Positions 9,391-19,247 of a stretch of 64,000 nucleotides of DNA are shown here, in pieces. Every line of letters starts with the position of its first letter. Position 1 is the stretch's first letter. The notes under the pieces are model-generated. The model was not told where the DNA came from and ran no database searches. It saw only the letters and a program-made list of their open reading frames with translations. Made by a program: the position numbers and the translations under genes. The stretch lies in the sequence record NC_027364.1; one strand, written 5' to 3'.

Positions 9391-9397
9391 CACAATA

Positions 9398-9844
9398 TTA
9401 TTTTTGATATGGGGTGTACTGATATTTTTCACAATCAGAAACAGTTAGAACACCTTCATCATAACCATATTGAAGTACAAGGTCAAATGCTTTATCAACC
9501 ATAGCAACAACATCTTTATAACGAACAATCTTATGAGATTGATTCTCAACTGCTTTCATAATCCCCATTAGCAACCAGCGACCTTCATCGGTGTGTAATT
9601 TAGCAAAGCGTGGACGCTTTGTCGCTGCCATAATATCAGTCCATTCAGCTTTAAAAATGTGTGGACGTTTTGGAATATCATATAGTGTAGTAGGGAAAGT
9701 TACATTATTTTTCTTCATTGCTTCTGCTTGTGCTGCACGATAGCCCTGACGATATAATGGATGCTGCATTTTTAGCTGTTCAGCACTTAGAACTACTTTT
9801 GCTTTGTATGCGTCATAACCATCTTTATATTGTGCATTGGACAT
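9398..9844 (-). CDS. hypothetical protein
   Basis: 148-aa ORF. Confidence 0.7.
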   Translation of the reverse strand: MSNAQYKDGYDAYKAKVVLSAEQLKMQHPLYRQGYRAAQAEAMKKNNVTFPTTLYDIPKRPHIFKAEWTDIMAATKRPRFAKLHTDEGRWLLMGIMKAVENQSHKIVRYKDVVAMVDKAFDLVLQYGYDEGVLTVSDCEKYQYTPYQK

Positions 9845-9845
9845 A

Positions 9846-10136
9846 TTATTCTTTTACCTCATCAGTTTGAATGTATTTTTTGTCAGAGAATGTACCGTGT
9901 TCTTTACGCACAGCTTCTGCATGTTGAACCGCATCAACTGGATTAATGTTCTTTTTAATTAGTACTTCATTCATTAATTCAAGTACAATTGCAAAACCAT
10001 TCAGCACACGCTCAGATTCATCTACATTTTTTAATTCAAGTGCTACTGCACTAATTTGATCGAACGCAACATTAATAAAATCGGAATCTTCTAATACATT
10101 TGCTACTTCCGTATTATTACGTACTAGTACTTTCAT
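9846..10136 (-). CDS. MazG-like (COG4997-type) pyrophosphohydrolase homologue, apparently degenerate
   Basis: KVLVRN N-terminus and HGTFSDKKYI C-terminus match the K-L-V-R-D / R-G-G-F family pattern; acidic catalytic residues largely absent; GGAG SD for the 10136 start. Confidence 0.55.
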   Translation of the reverse strand: MKVLVRNNTEVANVLEDSDFINVAFDQISAVALELKNVDESERVLNGFAIVLELMNEVLIKKNINPVDAVQHAEAVRKEHGTFSDKKYIQTDEVKE

Positions 10137-10184
10137 ATAATCTCCACAAAGATGATGCCCCATATTGAGGCATCACAATCTATC

Positions 10185-10880
10185 TTACACCCACTCTTCT
10201 ACACCGCCGCGACGCTTAACTAAGTACTTGCCTTCTTCGTTACGTGGTCCAAGAATAATACCATCAATGAAACCATGTTCACCATATTCAAGTGCTTCTT
10301 CTGCATTTAACCACAAATCGCGGTCAGCATCTTTTAGTAATTGTTCATGTGATACACCTACAGCTTCTGCAATTTCTTTGGTCAACAATGTATTCAGTGC
10401 ATCAGAATGTTGTAGGGAAATCTTCTGGTCTGTAATTAGACCTTGTGTACCAGAACTTACTTGGTGACACATGAAGTATGAGCGTTTACCACCTAAACGG
10501 AAACCTTTAGTCCCAATAACAGATTGTGTATAGCAACCCATTGATGCTGCATAACCCATAACTACAGTGCGAATTGGGGAAATACAAGACTTAGCAACGT
10601 CTGCAATACCCAAACCTGCGTGTACTGAACCACCCGGTGAACTAATGTAGAATGTAATAGGGGAATCACCTTGTGAGTCTAACCATACCAATTGTTGTTT
10701 GATGATATGTGCCATTTGATCATTGAAATCAGTATCAAGGAAAATGATACGGTCTTGCATCATACGAGATGCTAGATCATATGTACGTTCTGAACCATTA
10801 ACTTTCTCAACTACGTAAGGAATAGAAATGTTACGTACTTCGCCATTAGCATAACCACCAAACATGAATTGTTCAACCAT
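10185..10880 (-). CDS. clpP: ClpP-family protease proteolytic subunit
   Basis: SRMMQDRIIFL, YISSPGGSV.AG, AASMG (Ser), MCHQ (His), DRDLWLNAEEALEYG (Asp). Confidence 0.93.
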   Translation of the reverse strand: MVEQFMFGGYANGEVRNISIPYVVEKVNGSERTYDLASRMMQDRIIFLDTDFNDQMAHIIKQQLVWLDSQGDSPITFYISSPGGSVHAGLGIADVAKSCISPIRTVVMGYAASMGCYTQSVIGTKGFRLGGKRSYFMCHQVSSGTQGLITDQKISLQHSDALNTLLTKEIAEAVGVSHEQLLKDADRDLWLNAEEALEYGEHGFIDGIILGPRNEEGKYLVKRRGGVEEWV

Positions 10881-10914
10881 TATTAATTTCCTCTATTATT
10901 TCGTTGTTGTGAGT

Positions 10915-10943
10915 ATTATATCACTAAGATTTAAAATGTCCAA
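10915..10943 (-). promoter_or_regulatory. sigma70-like promoter upstream of clpP
   Basis: TTGGAC/TGGACA-16/17 bp-TG-A-TATAAT. Confidence 0.7.
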
Positions 10944-10944
10944 A

Positions 10945-11385
10945 CTATTTTACTGGAATATTTGAAAAGAAATCAGTCATCCAATACGCCGTCTCTTTGT
11001 TGAATAATACTGGATCAAACTTAAGTAACTCAACATGACTTGTATCATACACGCTTGTATCGGTAATGTCAAACAAAGTTTTAGTACTGAATAGTGGATT
11101 ACTCACTAGAAAGTAGTAATCAGCAGTAGTGCTAATGTCATCATAAAACACACCGTCATACCATCCATCATCATATACATAAACAGAATCGTCATGAAGA
11201 TAGTAAACTTCTATATGTAAACTCAAGTTCTTCATGGTTTCAATCATTTTTGCCGTATGAGGATTTAACTTATTGACATTTTCAAACACATAAGAGTGTT
11301 TTTTATTCATATCAACAAATGAAAATATTCGTACTGAACGTATATTCATATTACTCCAAATAAACAAGTGAATTAATGAAATCAT
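10945..11385 (-). CDS. hypothetical protein
   Basis: ORF in the operon run; true start may be internal. Confidence 0.65.
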   Translation of the reverse strand: MISLIHLFIWSNMNIRSVRIFSFVDMNKKHSYVFENVNKLNPHTAKMIETMKNLSLHIEVYYLHDDSVYVYDDGWYDGVFYDDISTTADYYFLVSNPLFSTKTLFDITDTSVYDTSHVELLKFDPVLFNKETAYWMTDFFSNIPVK

Positions 11386-11734
11386 ATTTCAATTTATCAT
11401 CAACATAATTCAAATCAACTTTAATCATCGGAGCATGGGAACGTATAGACAGTGTTTCCATAAAGTACTGATTAAGTTTGTATGTATGGAAAAGATGAAT
11501 ATCTCGTTTCAATACCACCATTACTTCCCCGAACAGATCACAGAGTTCAACTTCAGTGTTAGTTGGGTCAAACCCATAACGATTCTTTAATGTACGTGGT
11601 TCTTTATTTCGATAATAATGCACAGCTTTATTACTATTCACTAACAAGTGATGATATGCATTACTATAAACTGAGCAAATAACTCGGCTTGGATAATTGG
11701 TATATTCTGGTAGTTCAAAATAAATTAATGACAC
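11351..11734 (-). CDS. hypothetical protein
   Basis: 127 aa, GAGGA SD. Confidence 0.7.
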   Translation of the reverse strand: MSLIYFELPEYTNYPSRVICSVYSNAYHHLLVNSNKAVHYYRNKEPRTLKNRYGFDPTNTEVELCDLFGEVMVVLKRDIHLFHTYKLNQYFMETLSIRSHAPMIKVDLNYVDDKLKYDFINSLVYLE

Positions 11735-11746
11735 AATATCCTCTCA

Positions 11747-12550
11747 TTAAATTTCAAATACAAATTTAGGATTGTAATCAAAATTCTCACAAGCTCCACT
11801 GTATGATTCATAGCCTCGTGGATTACAAATGATACGTGTCTTACCAATGTGGTAGTCAAAACTACTATGAACATGACCATGAATCCAAACATCAGCACCC
11901 AAATCTTCAATGTACTGATCCATATCGGAACAGTAACAACCATTCAGTGAATCATTTTTATATTTTGGTGAAACACTTTGATAACTTGGTGCGTGATGGG
12001 TAACCACGATGACCTTGAAATCATTATCATGCATAAAGCGAACTGTGTCAATAGAATTTTTGATAAATTGTTTATCTTTGTGATGCATAAACTCAGTATC
12101 ATCTGGTGTCAGTTTCTTACGCCAAGGCTCTGATGTTGTTCCATGACGGATATGTTTGTAATCGTTCATCTTCTGACAAGCATCAAACTTCGTCAAAGAA
12201 TTACCTTTATCGAAGTCTGTCCACAGAGTACTACCAACAAGCAGTACTCCATCCAGCCATACAAATTTGTTTTGCAAAAAGATGAAATTTGGAATCTCAT
12301 CTTGCATATCGGACAGTACTTTATGCGTTTTGTGGATATTGGAACCATAATATTCATGATTGCCAGGAACCAGTACTACATTCTTAAACTGCTTACATAG
12401 TGATTCTATACCAGTACGGTAACGACTGCGTTTAACTTCATCGAAGTCCCCAGCAATAATCAGTACTGTATCACTGTAATCACCACTATGGAGGTAATCA
12501 GTCCCACCGTGTACATCAGATGTTACAACAAATTTCATAATTACCTCCAA
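11747..12550 (-). CDS. calcineurin-like metallophosphoesterase
   Basis: SDVH, AGD, PGNHEYY, GSTLWTD, VTHHAP, WIHGHVH, NPRGY. Confidence 0.92.
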   Translation of the reverse strand: MEVIMKFVVTSDVHGGTDYLHSGDYSDTVLIIAGDFDEVKRSRYRTGIESLCKQFKNVVLVPGNHEYYGSNIHKTHKVLSDMQDEIPNFIFLQNKFVWLDGVLLVGSTLWTDFDKGNSLTKFDACQKMNDYKHIRHGTTSEPWRKKLTPDDTEFMHHKDKQFIKNSIDTVRFMHDNDFKVIVVTHHAPSYQSVSPKYKNDSLNGCYCSDMDQYIEDLGADVWIHGHVHSSFDYHIGKTRIICNPRGYESYSGACENFDYNPKFVFEI

Positions 12551-12557
12551 TAAATGG

Positions 12558-13976
12558 TTAACCTAATGCGTCAATAATACTGTTTGAGAACACTTCAACT
12601 GCACTCTCACGAATTTCTAAGATACGAGTATAATCATCACAAGTGTTTTTGTCAAATCTAAATTCAATAAACACTGGTAAGAACAGTGATGGCTCACCAG
12701 TACGCTTGTCGAATACAATGTCATTACACTCAACTGTAACCACTTTACCAATAAGTTCTTGCATTCTTTCCCAAATGGTTTTAAATGTCCATTCAGCATC
12801 TTTCTCTTTGATACCAGTACCCACATTAACTTTCAATGAACCACAAGCACTTTCCAGTTGTAAAGAACCTAGGCTTCCTTTACGTTTACCTTCACCTTCA
12901 TTGAAACCAACAATACGTAAGTCCAGTTGCATTTTCAATTTCATTTTCAACTGCTTAGGTGAAGTATGAGATTTCCAGATACCATCTTCACATTTCAGTA
13001 CTGAACCCTCTTCACCTTCGTTCATTAGTTCACTATTGTACTCAAATGCTTCTTTAATGTTTAGAACTTTACGGAATCCAACCATACGAACAAAATCACT
13101 ATTGAGTTCGTTAATTGCATCTACTAAGATCTCGCGACGTTCTTTACGTTTTACATCCCATACACCTTCACAAAATGCATCATATGGAACAACATCCCAT
13201 AGAACGAATACAGTACGCATTGCTTCATTCTGACTGATGCTATCTTTACCAGCTTTCTGAATTATACCGTTGCCAGTAGTGCGTGGGAGAATGGTTTCTC
13301 CATCATTGTCCAGTACTACACCTTCCCCCATAAAGACCACACCACTACTAAAACGTTCATCTTTACTTTGGATGATGTGAGCAAGACCTGCCATCTCACC
13401 ATCACGACAACCCAGGAAGTCGTATAGTTTACCATTACGGGATGTAGAAGTTAATGAACCATTAATGACAACGTGGTTCAAGTACTGACCATCCATTTTC
13501 ACTTCTGATATAGCGTAACCATAATCTTTGAAGTTGATGTTCTTTGCAGTCTTTTTGTCAATCAAAGAACAACGCATATATGGTTCGTCTTTAATAAAGC
13601 CTTTACCAAATACATCATTGCAGTTCTTTTCTTGAATACCACAATCAAGGTTTTTAGTAAGCATTTTACGGAGAACTTCTTGATCATCTTCTGATACTGA
13701 ACCCAGTACTGAAGCAATGAAATCACGCCCCGCATTTCCTGTCACATCACGCTTGTAAATGCATTCTAACTTATCAATTGCTTCATCTAACGTCATATGT
13801 TGATATACGTCATCAGCGTCAGGGAGCTTCTTATAGCCACTTACGATAGAAGGGTCTAGAGTATATTTCAGTACTTTTTGTAAAGTTACATTATCTTTAT
13901 TTTGTTCAAGAATAGCTTTTTTGCCTAGTGTACTGCTAGTATTTTTAATGCTTTCAAGAATTGCTAAAATGCTCAT
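12558..13976 (-). CDS. lig: ATP-dependent DNA ligase (T4 gp30-like)
   Basis: motif I EVKMDG, motif III MGEG, WDVV, EGSVLK, KMK, C-terminal OB fold with SLFLPVF..R.DK. Confidence 0.95.
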   Translation of the reverse strand: MSILAILESIKNTSSTLGKKAILEQNKDNVTLQKVLKYTLDPSIVSGYKKLPDADDVYQHMTLDEAIDKLECIYKRDVTGNAGRDFIASVLGSVSEDDQEVLRKMLTKNLDCGIQEKNCNDVFGKGFIKDEPYMRCSLIDKKTAKNINFKDYGYAISEVKMDGQYLNHVVINGSLTSTSRNGKLYDFLGCRDGEMAGLAHIIQSKDERFSSGVVFMGEGVVLDNDGETILPRTTGNGIIQKAGKDSISQNEAMRTVFVLWDVVPYDAFCEGVWDVKRKERREILVDAINELNSDFVRMVGFRKVLNIKEAFEYNSELMNEGEEGSVLKCEDGIWKSHTSPKQLKMKLKMQLDLRIVGFNEGEGKRKGSLGSLQLESACGSLKVNVGTGIKEKDAEWTFKTIWERMQELIGKVVTVECNDIVFDKRTGEPSLFLPVFIEFRFDKNTCDDYTRILEIRESAVEVFSNSIIDALG

Positions 13977-13987
13977 TGTATATTCCT

Positions 13988-15190
13988 TTATAGATAATAC
14001 TTTCCAATATAAAGTGGATTACTAATTGATAGTTGGACGTGACATGGTTTGTCTTGGTAGTAACGAGTGCTTGATGTTTTGCGTTCATTTGGTGGGAAGA
14101 ATGGGGAACGATAGCCATTCCATGTACTAAATGATGAGTGTTCATTAATATCAACATCCATTACCATAATCCCATTATCATCAATTTGAACTGGATATGC
14201 ACTAAAGCGTTCAAATTTATCATTATAATGGATATTATAATCTCCACTACGCCCATAATAACTACGCGTTGTATTATTACTTACACCAAAAAATACGCGA
14301 TATGTTTGTTCATTATCTTTAGTCATAAATGGTACGTTCTCGTTGAAACGTCCATTATTCATAAGATCATCAACATTTATTTCTTCGTATTTAATTTTAA
14401 GGTCTTTTGCTTTAAATGATTTATTGTGTACCAGTACTGGAATGTTAGATTCACCTAATGGGTTATGTCTGTTTGTTCTATAGCTTTGCCAAAATTCATT
14501 AGCAAGTTTAATTTCTTCATCTGCCGTAGTCTTCTTATTCAAGAGTGCACGAGGTTCAAGATTGTAATTATCCAAACGTTGATTCAATGCATAAGTTCCA
14601 CGAGTACTGTTAAAAAGTAAATGATAAACTGAACTTTTGTCGGGATATGCAAATTCTTTAGTTTTCTTTATACAAATTGCATGTACTTTACCGCAGTAAT
14701 AGTAATCTTCTTTAAGATAAGTGAAACCATCACCAACTTTAAGACCTGCTACTGTTTCTTTTTGTTGTTCTTTTTTATTTTCTTTTTCAACTAACTTAGC
14801 AAACGTTTTTGTTTTACCATTAATTAATTCTAAGTTATTGTTGAAAAACATTGGGTCTACAAAAACACCTTTGATTATATCGTTATTGATAATTAAATCA
14901 TTCATGTTTTTTGCACTAATCATAAATTCAAATCCTTCTGGGTGACGGATCGTGAAATATGTTTCTCGTGCATGAGTTGTTAATTTATCAACTACACAAA
15001 ATCCCGTAGTTGGAACGTTGTCAATATATAACGATGGAAGATTGTTCTTCTTTGCCCAGTACTCTGCTCTCTCTTTCTTTGTTTCAAACGCTTTTGTATG
15101 TGATTTTGTTGCATCGATAATAAAACCATCAACTTGGTTGTGGTTTACATAGGAACGTGCAACAAATAACTTCTCTGGAAAATCCATCAA
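13988..15190 (-). CDS. hypothetical protein
   Basis: 400-aa ORF, no recognisable motif. Confidence 0.8.
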   Translation of the reverse strand: MMDFPEKLFVARSYVNHNQVDGFIIDATKSHTKAFETKKERAEYWAKKNNLPSLYIDNVPTTGFCVVDKLTTHARETYFTIRHPEGFEFMISAKNMNDLIINNDIIKGVFVDPMFFNNNLELINGKTKTFAKLVEKENKKEQQKETVAGLKVGDGFTYLKEDYYYCGKVHAICIKKTKEFAYPDKSSVYHLLFNSTRGTYALNQRLDNYNLEPRALLNKKTTADEEIKLANEFWQSYRTNRHNPLGESNIPVLVHNKSFKAKDLKIKYEEINVDDLMNNGRFNENVPFMTKDNEQTYRVFFGVSNNTTRSYYGRSGDYNIHYNDKFERFSAYPVQIDDNGIMVMDVDINEHSSFSTWNGYRSPFFPPNERKTSSTRYYQDKPCHVQLSISNPLYIGKYYL

Positions 15191-15606
15191 ATAGTCCTCA
15201 TTGTACTGATTGCTTTTAATGTGTCAAACAATGCACCATATTTTACTTGCATTAGTTGATCACCAGCAGGAAGATTCATACGCATAACAGCCATGTCTTC
15301 AATCATTTCAGACGTACACAGTACTGCTACACAGGTAATAGCATCATTCAATCCAGCTTCATTGAATTTGGCAAACGGAACTTTTCCCTGTTTGCTAAGG
15401 TTGTTATAATAAGAATTTAACTTATCATGTCCACCAGCATTTAGTACTACAATAGTTTCGTGTTCATAGTACCATTCATCAATAATAGTACTGAAAGCAG
15501 TACCTTCATATTCTTTAATTAGTTTAACACCAGCATGGAATGCTTGAATACCAGCTTGGACACCTTGGCAGTACATATTAGTTAAGCAATACAATTTCAT
15601 TTCCAT
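15187..15606 (-). CDS. Pth2-like (peptidyl-tRNA hydrolase II fold) protein
   Basis: G.QAGIQAFHA...W....TIVVL...F.E.GL...ITCVAV pattern. Confidence 0.6.
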   Translation of the reverse strand: MEMKLYCLTNMYCQGVQAGIQAFHAGVKLIKEYEGTAFSTIIDEWYYEHETIVVLNAGGHDKLNSYYNNLSKQGKVPFAKFNEAGLNDAITCVAVLCTSEMIEDMAVMRMNLPAGDQLMQVKYGALFDTLKAISTMRTI

Positions 15607-15824
15607 ACCTCTTGTTTTTCTACGTAGCCTTTCCCATCACAGTGTGGACAAGCATAAAAGCTGCGGTAATCTTCTGACGGTACTTGTTGTGTTCCATTAC
15701 ATGTAGGACATACTTTACGTGCACCAGAAATAATACGTTCATGGTGTTCAGCTTGTTTAGCTGAATCAAAAATACGACCATCTTCAGTTTGGTATTTTTC
15801 TACCATAACTTGAATTACTTTCAT
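15597..15824 (-). CDS. small DnaJ-type zinc-finger protein
   Basis: CPTCNGT and CPHCDGKG repeats. Confidence 0.75.
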   Translation of the reverse strand: MKVIQVMVEKYQTEDGRIFDSAKQAEHHERIISGARKVCPTCNGTQQVPSEDYRSFYACPHCDGKGYVEKQEVWK

Positions 15825-15834
15825 TTCTATTTCC

Positions 15835-16104
15835 TTATAAAAATGTTAAATCTTCAGTACTTAATTGTGATAATTTACCATCATATTCTATTTCAACATA
15901 TACATCTTGGTCATAAACAGCAACTACACGTTTAATAACTCCAACCTTCACGACATTCTTTTTGTAGTTGAACTCAACTGAACAACCAATAAGTTTATTT
16001 GATAGAATCTCACGTATTTGATTTGCATGGTCTTTTAGGATAGAATTAATAGATTTTTTCATAATATATCTATCATTCAAATATTTTTTAACTACATCAT
16101 GCAT
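15835..16104 (-). CDS. small helix-plus-beta-barrel family protein
   Basis: N-terminal helix then LIGCSVEF...GVIKRV. Confidence 0.7.
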   Translation of the reverse strand: MHDVVKKYLNDRYIMKKSINSILKDHANQIREILSNKLIGCSVEFNYKKNVVKVGVIKRVVAVYDQDVYVEIEYDGKLSQLSTEDLTFL

Positions 16105-16109
16105 AATTA

Positions 16110-16868
16110 TTACCTTTTGAAACGATTGAATGAGTACTCATCTTTTTCTTTACGTAAGTATCTCATCCCACCACTTTGTGGAGTAGCGAGAGTTAAGTCA
16201 CCCGTCAAGAACTGACTATCAATCCAAATGCGATTACCGTAAATGAGTGGGTCTGTAACTGCTGTATGTCCACTAAAGACACAATGCACTCCATCTAACT
16301 TAGGTGCATAATATGTATTATTAGTTCTACAATAATCGAATGTTTTTCTATCCCACAAGCACTTATCAATTATATCAGCACTAAGTGATTTTGTCCCATT
16401 GACAAATCGTTCCCATGTTGTATATTCCAACGGAACACCAGCATGAACTAACCCAATCTTCAATCCTCGGTGATTGATTTGGATAATCATAGGGAGATCC
16501 TTTAAGTACTGACGAAAGAATTGAATGCCTGTTCCTCCAACTTCATCAAGGAATTTATCACCACCATTACTTATCCAACAATGATACCAATCTCGAAGTG
16601 TTTCCGAATCAACGCACATCATCTCATGATTACCCGCAATCATGTAACGATTTTCTCCGAACAAAAATTCAAAAAGGAGCTTTGAATTTTGTTCTCCACG
16701 GTCGATAATATCACCTACACTGAAAACATAATCATTGTGTGTAATACCAAATTCTTTCACTGTAGCATCCCATAGTTTACCATTACCATGCAAATCACCT
16801 ACAATGTATAAATCTTTATCATCAGGTACGGTTACTTCTAAGAAGTGTTTCATTATTACTCCAACCAT
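16110..16868 (-). CDS. Ser/Thr protein phosphatase (lambda NinI/PphA-like)
   Basis: GDLHG, GDIIDRG, GNHE, VHAG, SGHT motifs. Confidence 0.92.
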   Translation of the reverse strand: MVGVIMKHFLEVTVPDDKDLYIVGDLHGNGKLWDATVKEFGITHNDYVFSVGDIIDRGEQNSKLLFEFLFGENRYMIAGNHEMMCVDSETLRDWYHCWISNGGDKFLDEVGGTGIQFFRQYLKDLPMIIQINHRGLKIGLVHAGVPLEYTTWERFVNGTKSLSADIIDKCLWDRKTFDYCRTNNTYYAPKLDGVHCVFSGHTAVTDPLIYGNRIWIDSQFLTGDLTLATPQSGGMRYLRKEKDEYSFNRFKR

Positions 16869-17107
16869 ATAATATTAGTGTGTTTAGTAACTTGTGTTCC
16901 AGCAAAAGAACCATCTTTAAGATAAGTATTAATTTTAAAACGCCATTCACCACCACTAATATACATATCAGTAATAATATACTTTCCATACCCTCTGGAG
17001 TTTATTAATCGTACTTCTTGACCAATATATTTTGGCTTCAGATCATTTATAAAATCATCAGCCAAAGACATAAGATATCGCAAATGTGATAAGTCAGTGT
17101 TGAACAT
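16856..17107 (-). CDS. small helix-plus-beta-barrel family protein
   Basis: KYIGQEVRL segment. Confidence 0.7.
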   Translation of the reverse strand: MFNTDLSHLRYLMSLADDFINDLKPKYIGQEVRLINSRGYGKYIITDMYISGGEWRFKINTYLKDGSFAGTQVTKHTNIIWLE

Positions 17108-17322
17108 TATTTCTTTCTCTTATATTTGTTAATAATATCTTGGGTAAGTGAAATAAAAATATATACTAACGTTATAGGCCAAATAATAGCCATCAGTGCT
17201 GCTGTTTGGAGATTCATGATAATCATGATTTCATCTTTAAAACAACCCCAATTGAGTACTAGAAAGTTGGTTATAAATGTAACAAATGCTACAAATCCAT
17301 ATATTGCAAAAAATGTTATCAT
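17107..17322 (-). CDS. small membrane protein
   Basis: two TM segments, A..WP motif. Confidence 0.7.
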   Translation of the reverse strand: MITFFAIYGFVAFVTFITNFLVLNWGCFKDEIMIIMNLQTAALMAIIWPITLVYIFISLTQDIINKYKRKK

Positions 17323-17324
17323 AA

Positions 17325-17654
17325 TTATTCCTCATCATCCACTAAAACAAGATAATCCAAACTCAACTCTGTATCTATGTAACAATCACAATTCAAGTAC
17401 TCAATTTCAGCACCTATAGTTCTCCCATTCTTAAATATCTCAATGATTTTCATTCTAGTATTGGGATTAATGTGTTCAATGTCGTATTCGTATTCAGGGT
17501 CAATATACTCACTTGTCATACGTTTGATGTATTGTTCCGAATATCGTACAGTTTTACCTATAAGATCATTACTCAACGTCTGATAAAAATCATCTTGAAT
17601 TTTGAATAATGACCTATAAAAAATATTATGTTGAATTAGTGGTTTCATTGACAT
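17325..17654 (-). CDS. small helix-plus-beta-barrel family protein
   Basis: DLIGKTVRY segment. Confidence 0.7.
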   Translation of the reverse strand: MSMKPLIQHNIFYRSLFKIQDDFYQTLSNDLIGKTVRYSEQYIKRMTSEYIDPEYEYDIEHINPNTRMKIIEIFKNGRTIGAEIEYLNCDCYIDTELSLDYLVLVDDEE

Positions 17655-18283
17655 TAATCACAACTTCCAGACGATGAACTTGAATCAGAACTAGAGCTAT
17701 CATAGGAACAAGAATCAGAGGAAGAACTGCTGTGACGGCTATAATCACTGTAATCATCATTGTTGTAGATTGGTGATGTTACGATTGCTGCTGCGGTCGC
17801 TGCCGTTGCAATTTGTGCAGTATGGTCATGAACACCTAGTTGTGGTTCATCCTTAGATTTACCTTTGTTCTTACCTTTAGTGTAACGAGCTTTCTTTGCA
17901 GTTTTAGTATTTTTCTGTACTTTAGGAGCTTTTGGTTTCACATCTTCAACGACTGGAACTACATTCACTACAACTTTAGGATCAGTTTCTTCAAGTGTAT
18001 TATACACTTTAACTTGCATTTGAACTTCAACTTCTTTAACTTCTTCTTTAACTTCTGGAATAACTGTTTCTGGTGCTGGAGTGATTTTATCAAGTTCTTT
18101 AGTAATAAAGAAGCTTGTATTTTTCTCACCTAGCATAACAAGAAGACCAATGGCAATCACTGGACTTAGTACTGTACCAAGTACTACATAACCTAGAACA
18201 CTTCTGTTATAGTTATATGCAAGCATACCAGAAATAATAATACCGATTACATATGCACTGCTAAGAATAATTGGGGTTAACAT
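17654..18283 (-). CDS. membrane protein with Lys-rich linker and Ser/Asp-rich tail
   Basis: two N-terminal TM helices; C-terminus SSSSSDSCSYDSSSSDSSSSSGSCD. Confidence 0.8.
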   Translation of the reverse strand: MLTPIILSSAYVIGIIISGMLAYNYNRSVLGYVVLGTVLSPVIAIGLLVMLGEKNTSFFITKELDKITPAPETVIPEVKEEVKEVEVQMQVKVYNTLEETDPKVVVNVVPVVEDVKPKAPKVQKNTKTAKKARYTKGKNKGKSKDEPQLGVHDHTAQIATAATAAAIVTSPIYNNDDYSDYSRHSSSSSDSCSYDSSSSDSSSSSGSCD

Positions 18284-18587
18284 ATTCTACTCCTTTGTAT
18301 ATAAATTTACTAACTTCTTCGATGTATAAAGACAACCCTGAACGTTCATTTAGAACTAACCAAGCACCAAAACCACATCGAATCTCGGATATATGAAACT
18401 CTTCTACACTATAAATTGAATACGCGTTAAATGGACATATTTCATCAGATATACTTACCACATAGTTATTATTAATTGAATCTAACACCTGGGTATTGTA
18501 TAAATTATTAGTACTGAAAATCTGCATTAACGAGCTAGAAAGCATCTCGGTTGTCTTTTCTAATATTGTTAAAAACGAACCATTCAC
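18261..18587 (-). CDS. hypothetical small protein
   Basis: 108-aa ORF in a coupled run. Confidence 0.65.
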   Translation of the reverse strand: MNGSFLTILEKTTEMLSSSLMQIFSTNNLYNTQVLDSINNNYVVSISDEICPFNAYSIYSVEEFHISEIRCGFGAWLVLNERSGLSLYIEEVSKFIYKGVEYVNPNYS

Positions 18588-18644
18588 TTCAACTTCTCCC
18601 TATTGGTGATGTAATCAAATTATATCACCGAATTCTGATACGTC

Positions 18645-18950
18645 TCATGATATTCGCATTTCATCTATATATAATGAACATGATTCAGAATTATCGTCTA
18701 AACTTAAACCTAAATCGACCATCAAACCGCAATGCGTTCCCCAGAATTTCTTTATGTATAGTTTTTTGCTACTATTACCTAAATCATAAACATATTCATT
18801 TTTAAATATACTTTTTAATTCTTCACATATACATTTTATTATCTTCATTAATTGATTATGATATTCGTATGGTATTCCATCAAGTTCGTTAATTATTAAT
18901 GCAAAACCATCATCATAGTACTTGAGTTTATTGAATGTTTGTATATCCAT
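18645..18950 (-). CDS. hypothetical small protein
   Basis: 101-aa ORF in a coupled run. Confidence 0.65.
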   Translation of the reverse strand: MDIQTFNKLKYYDDGFALIINELDGIPYEYHNQLMKIIKCICEELKSIFKNEYVYDLGNSSKKLYIKKFWGTHCGLMVDLGLSLDDNSESCSLYIDEMRIS

Positions 18951-19247
18951 TTAATATATAATCTCACTAGCTTCTATTGTGTAGACACCATCATCAGTCA
19001 TTAATCTTACTGCAACTTTAATATTACTAGACATTCGTGTAACTATCAATCCAATAATTATACCATTCTTTAAAGTACCATTATGGTATCTAACTTGTAC
19101 TTCAGTTTTATTATCAATTAAGTATCTTCGAATTTGATGAATTTCAGTTCTAAACAGTTCTAAATAAACTTCACTATATTCCTTATCTGAACCGTCTGAA
19201 CACCAGTACAATAAATTTACTTGTTCAAATAATTTTTTTATATTCAT
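18951..19247 (-). CDS. small helix-plus-beta-barrel family protein
   Basis: VQVRY...GIIIG...V. Confidence 0.65.
   Translation of the reverse strand: MNIKKLFEQVNLLYWCSDGSDKEYSEVYLELFRTEIHQIRRYLIDNKTEVQVRYHNGTLKNGIIIGLIVTRMSSNIKVAVRLMTDDGVYTIEASEIIY

Noticed and set aside
17654-17760. Ser/Asp-rich low-complexity tail as a repeat element
   Set aside because: It is protein-level low complexity common in phage membrane proteins, with no DNA periodicity.
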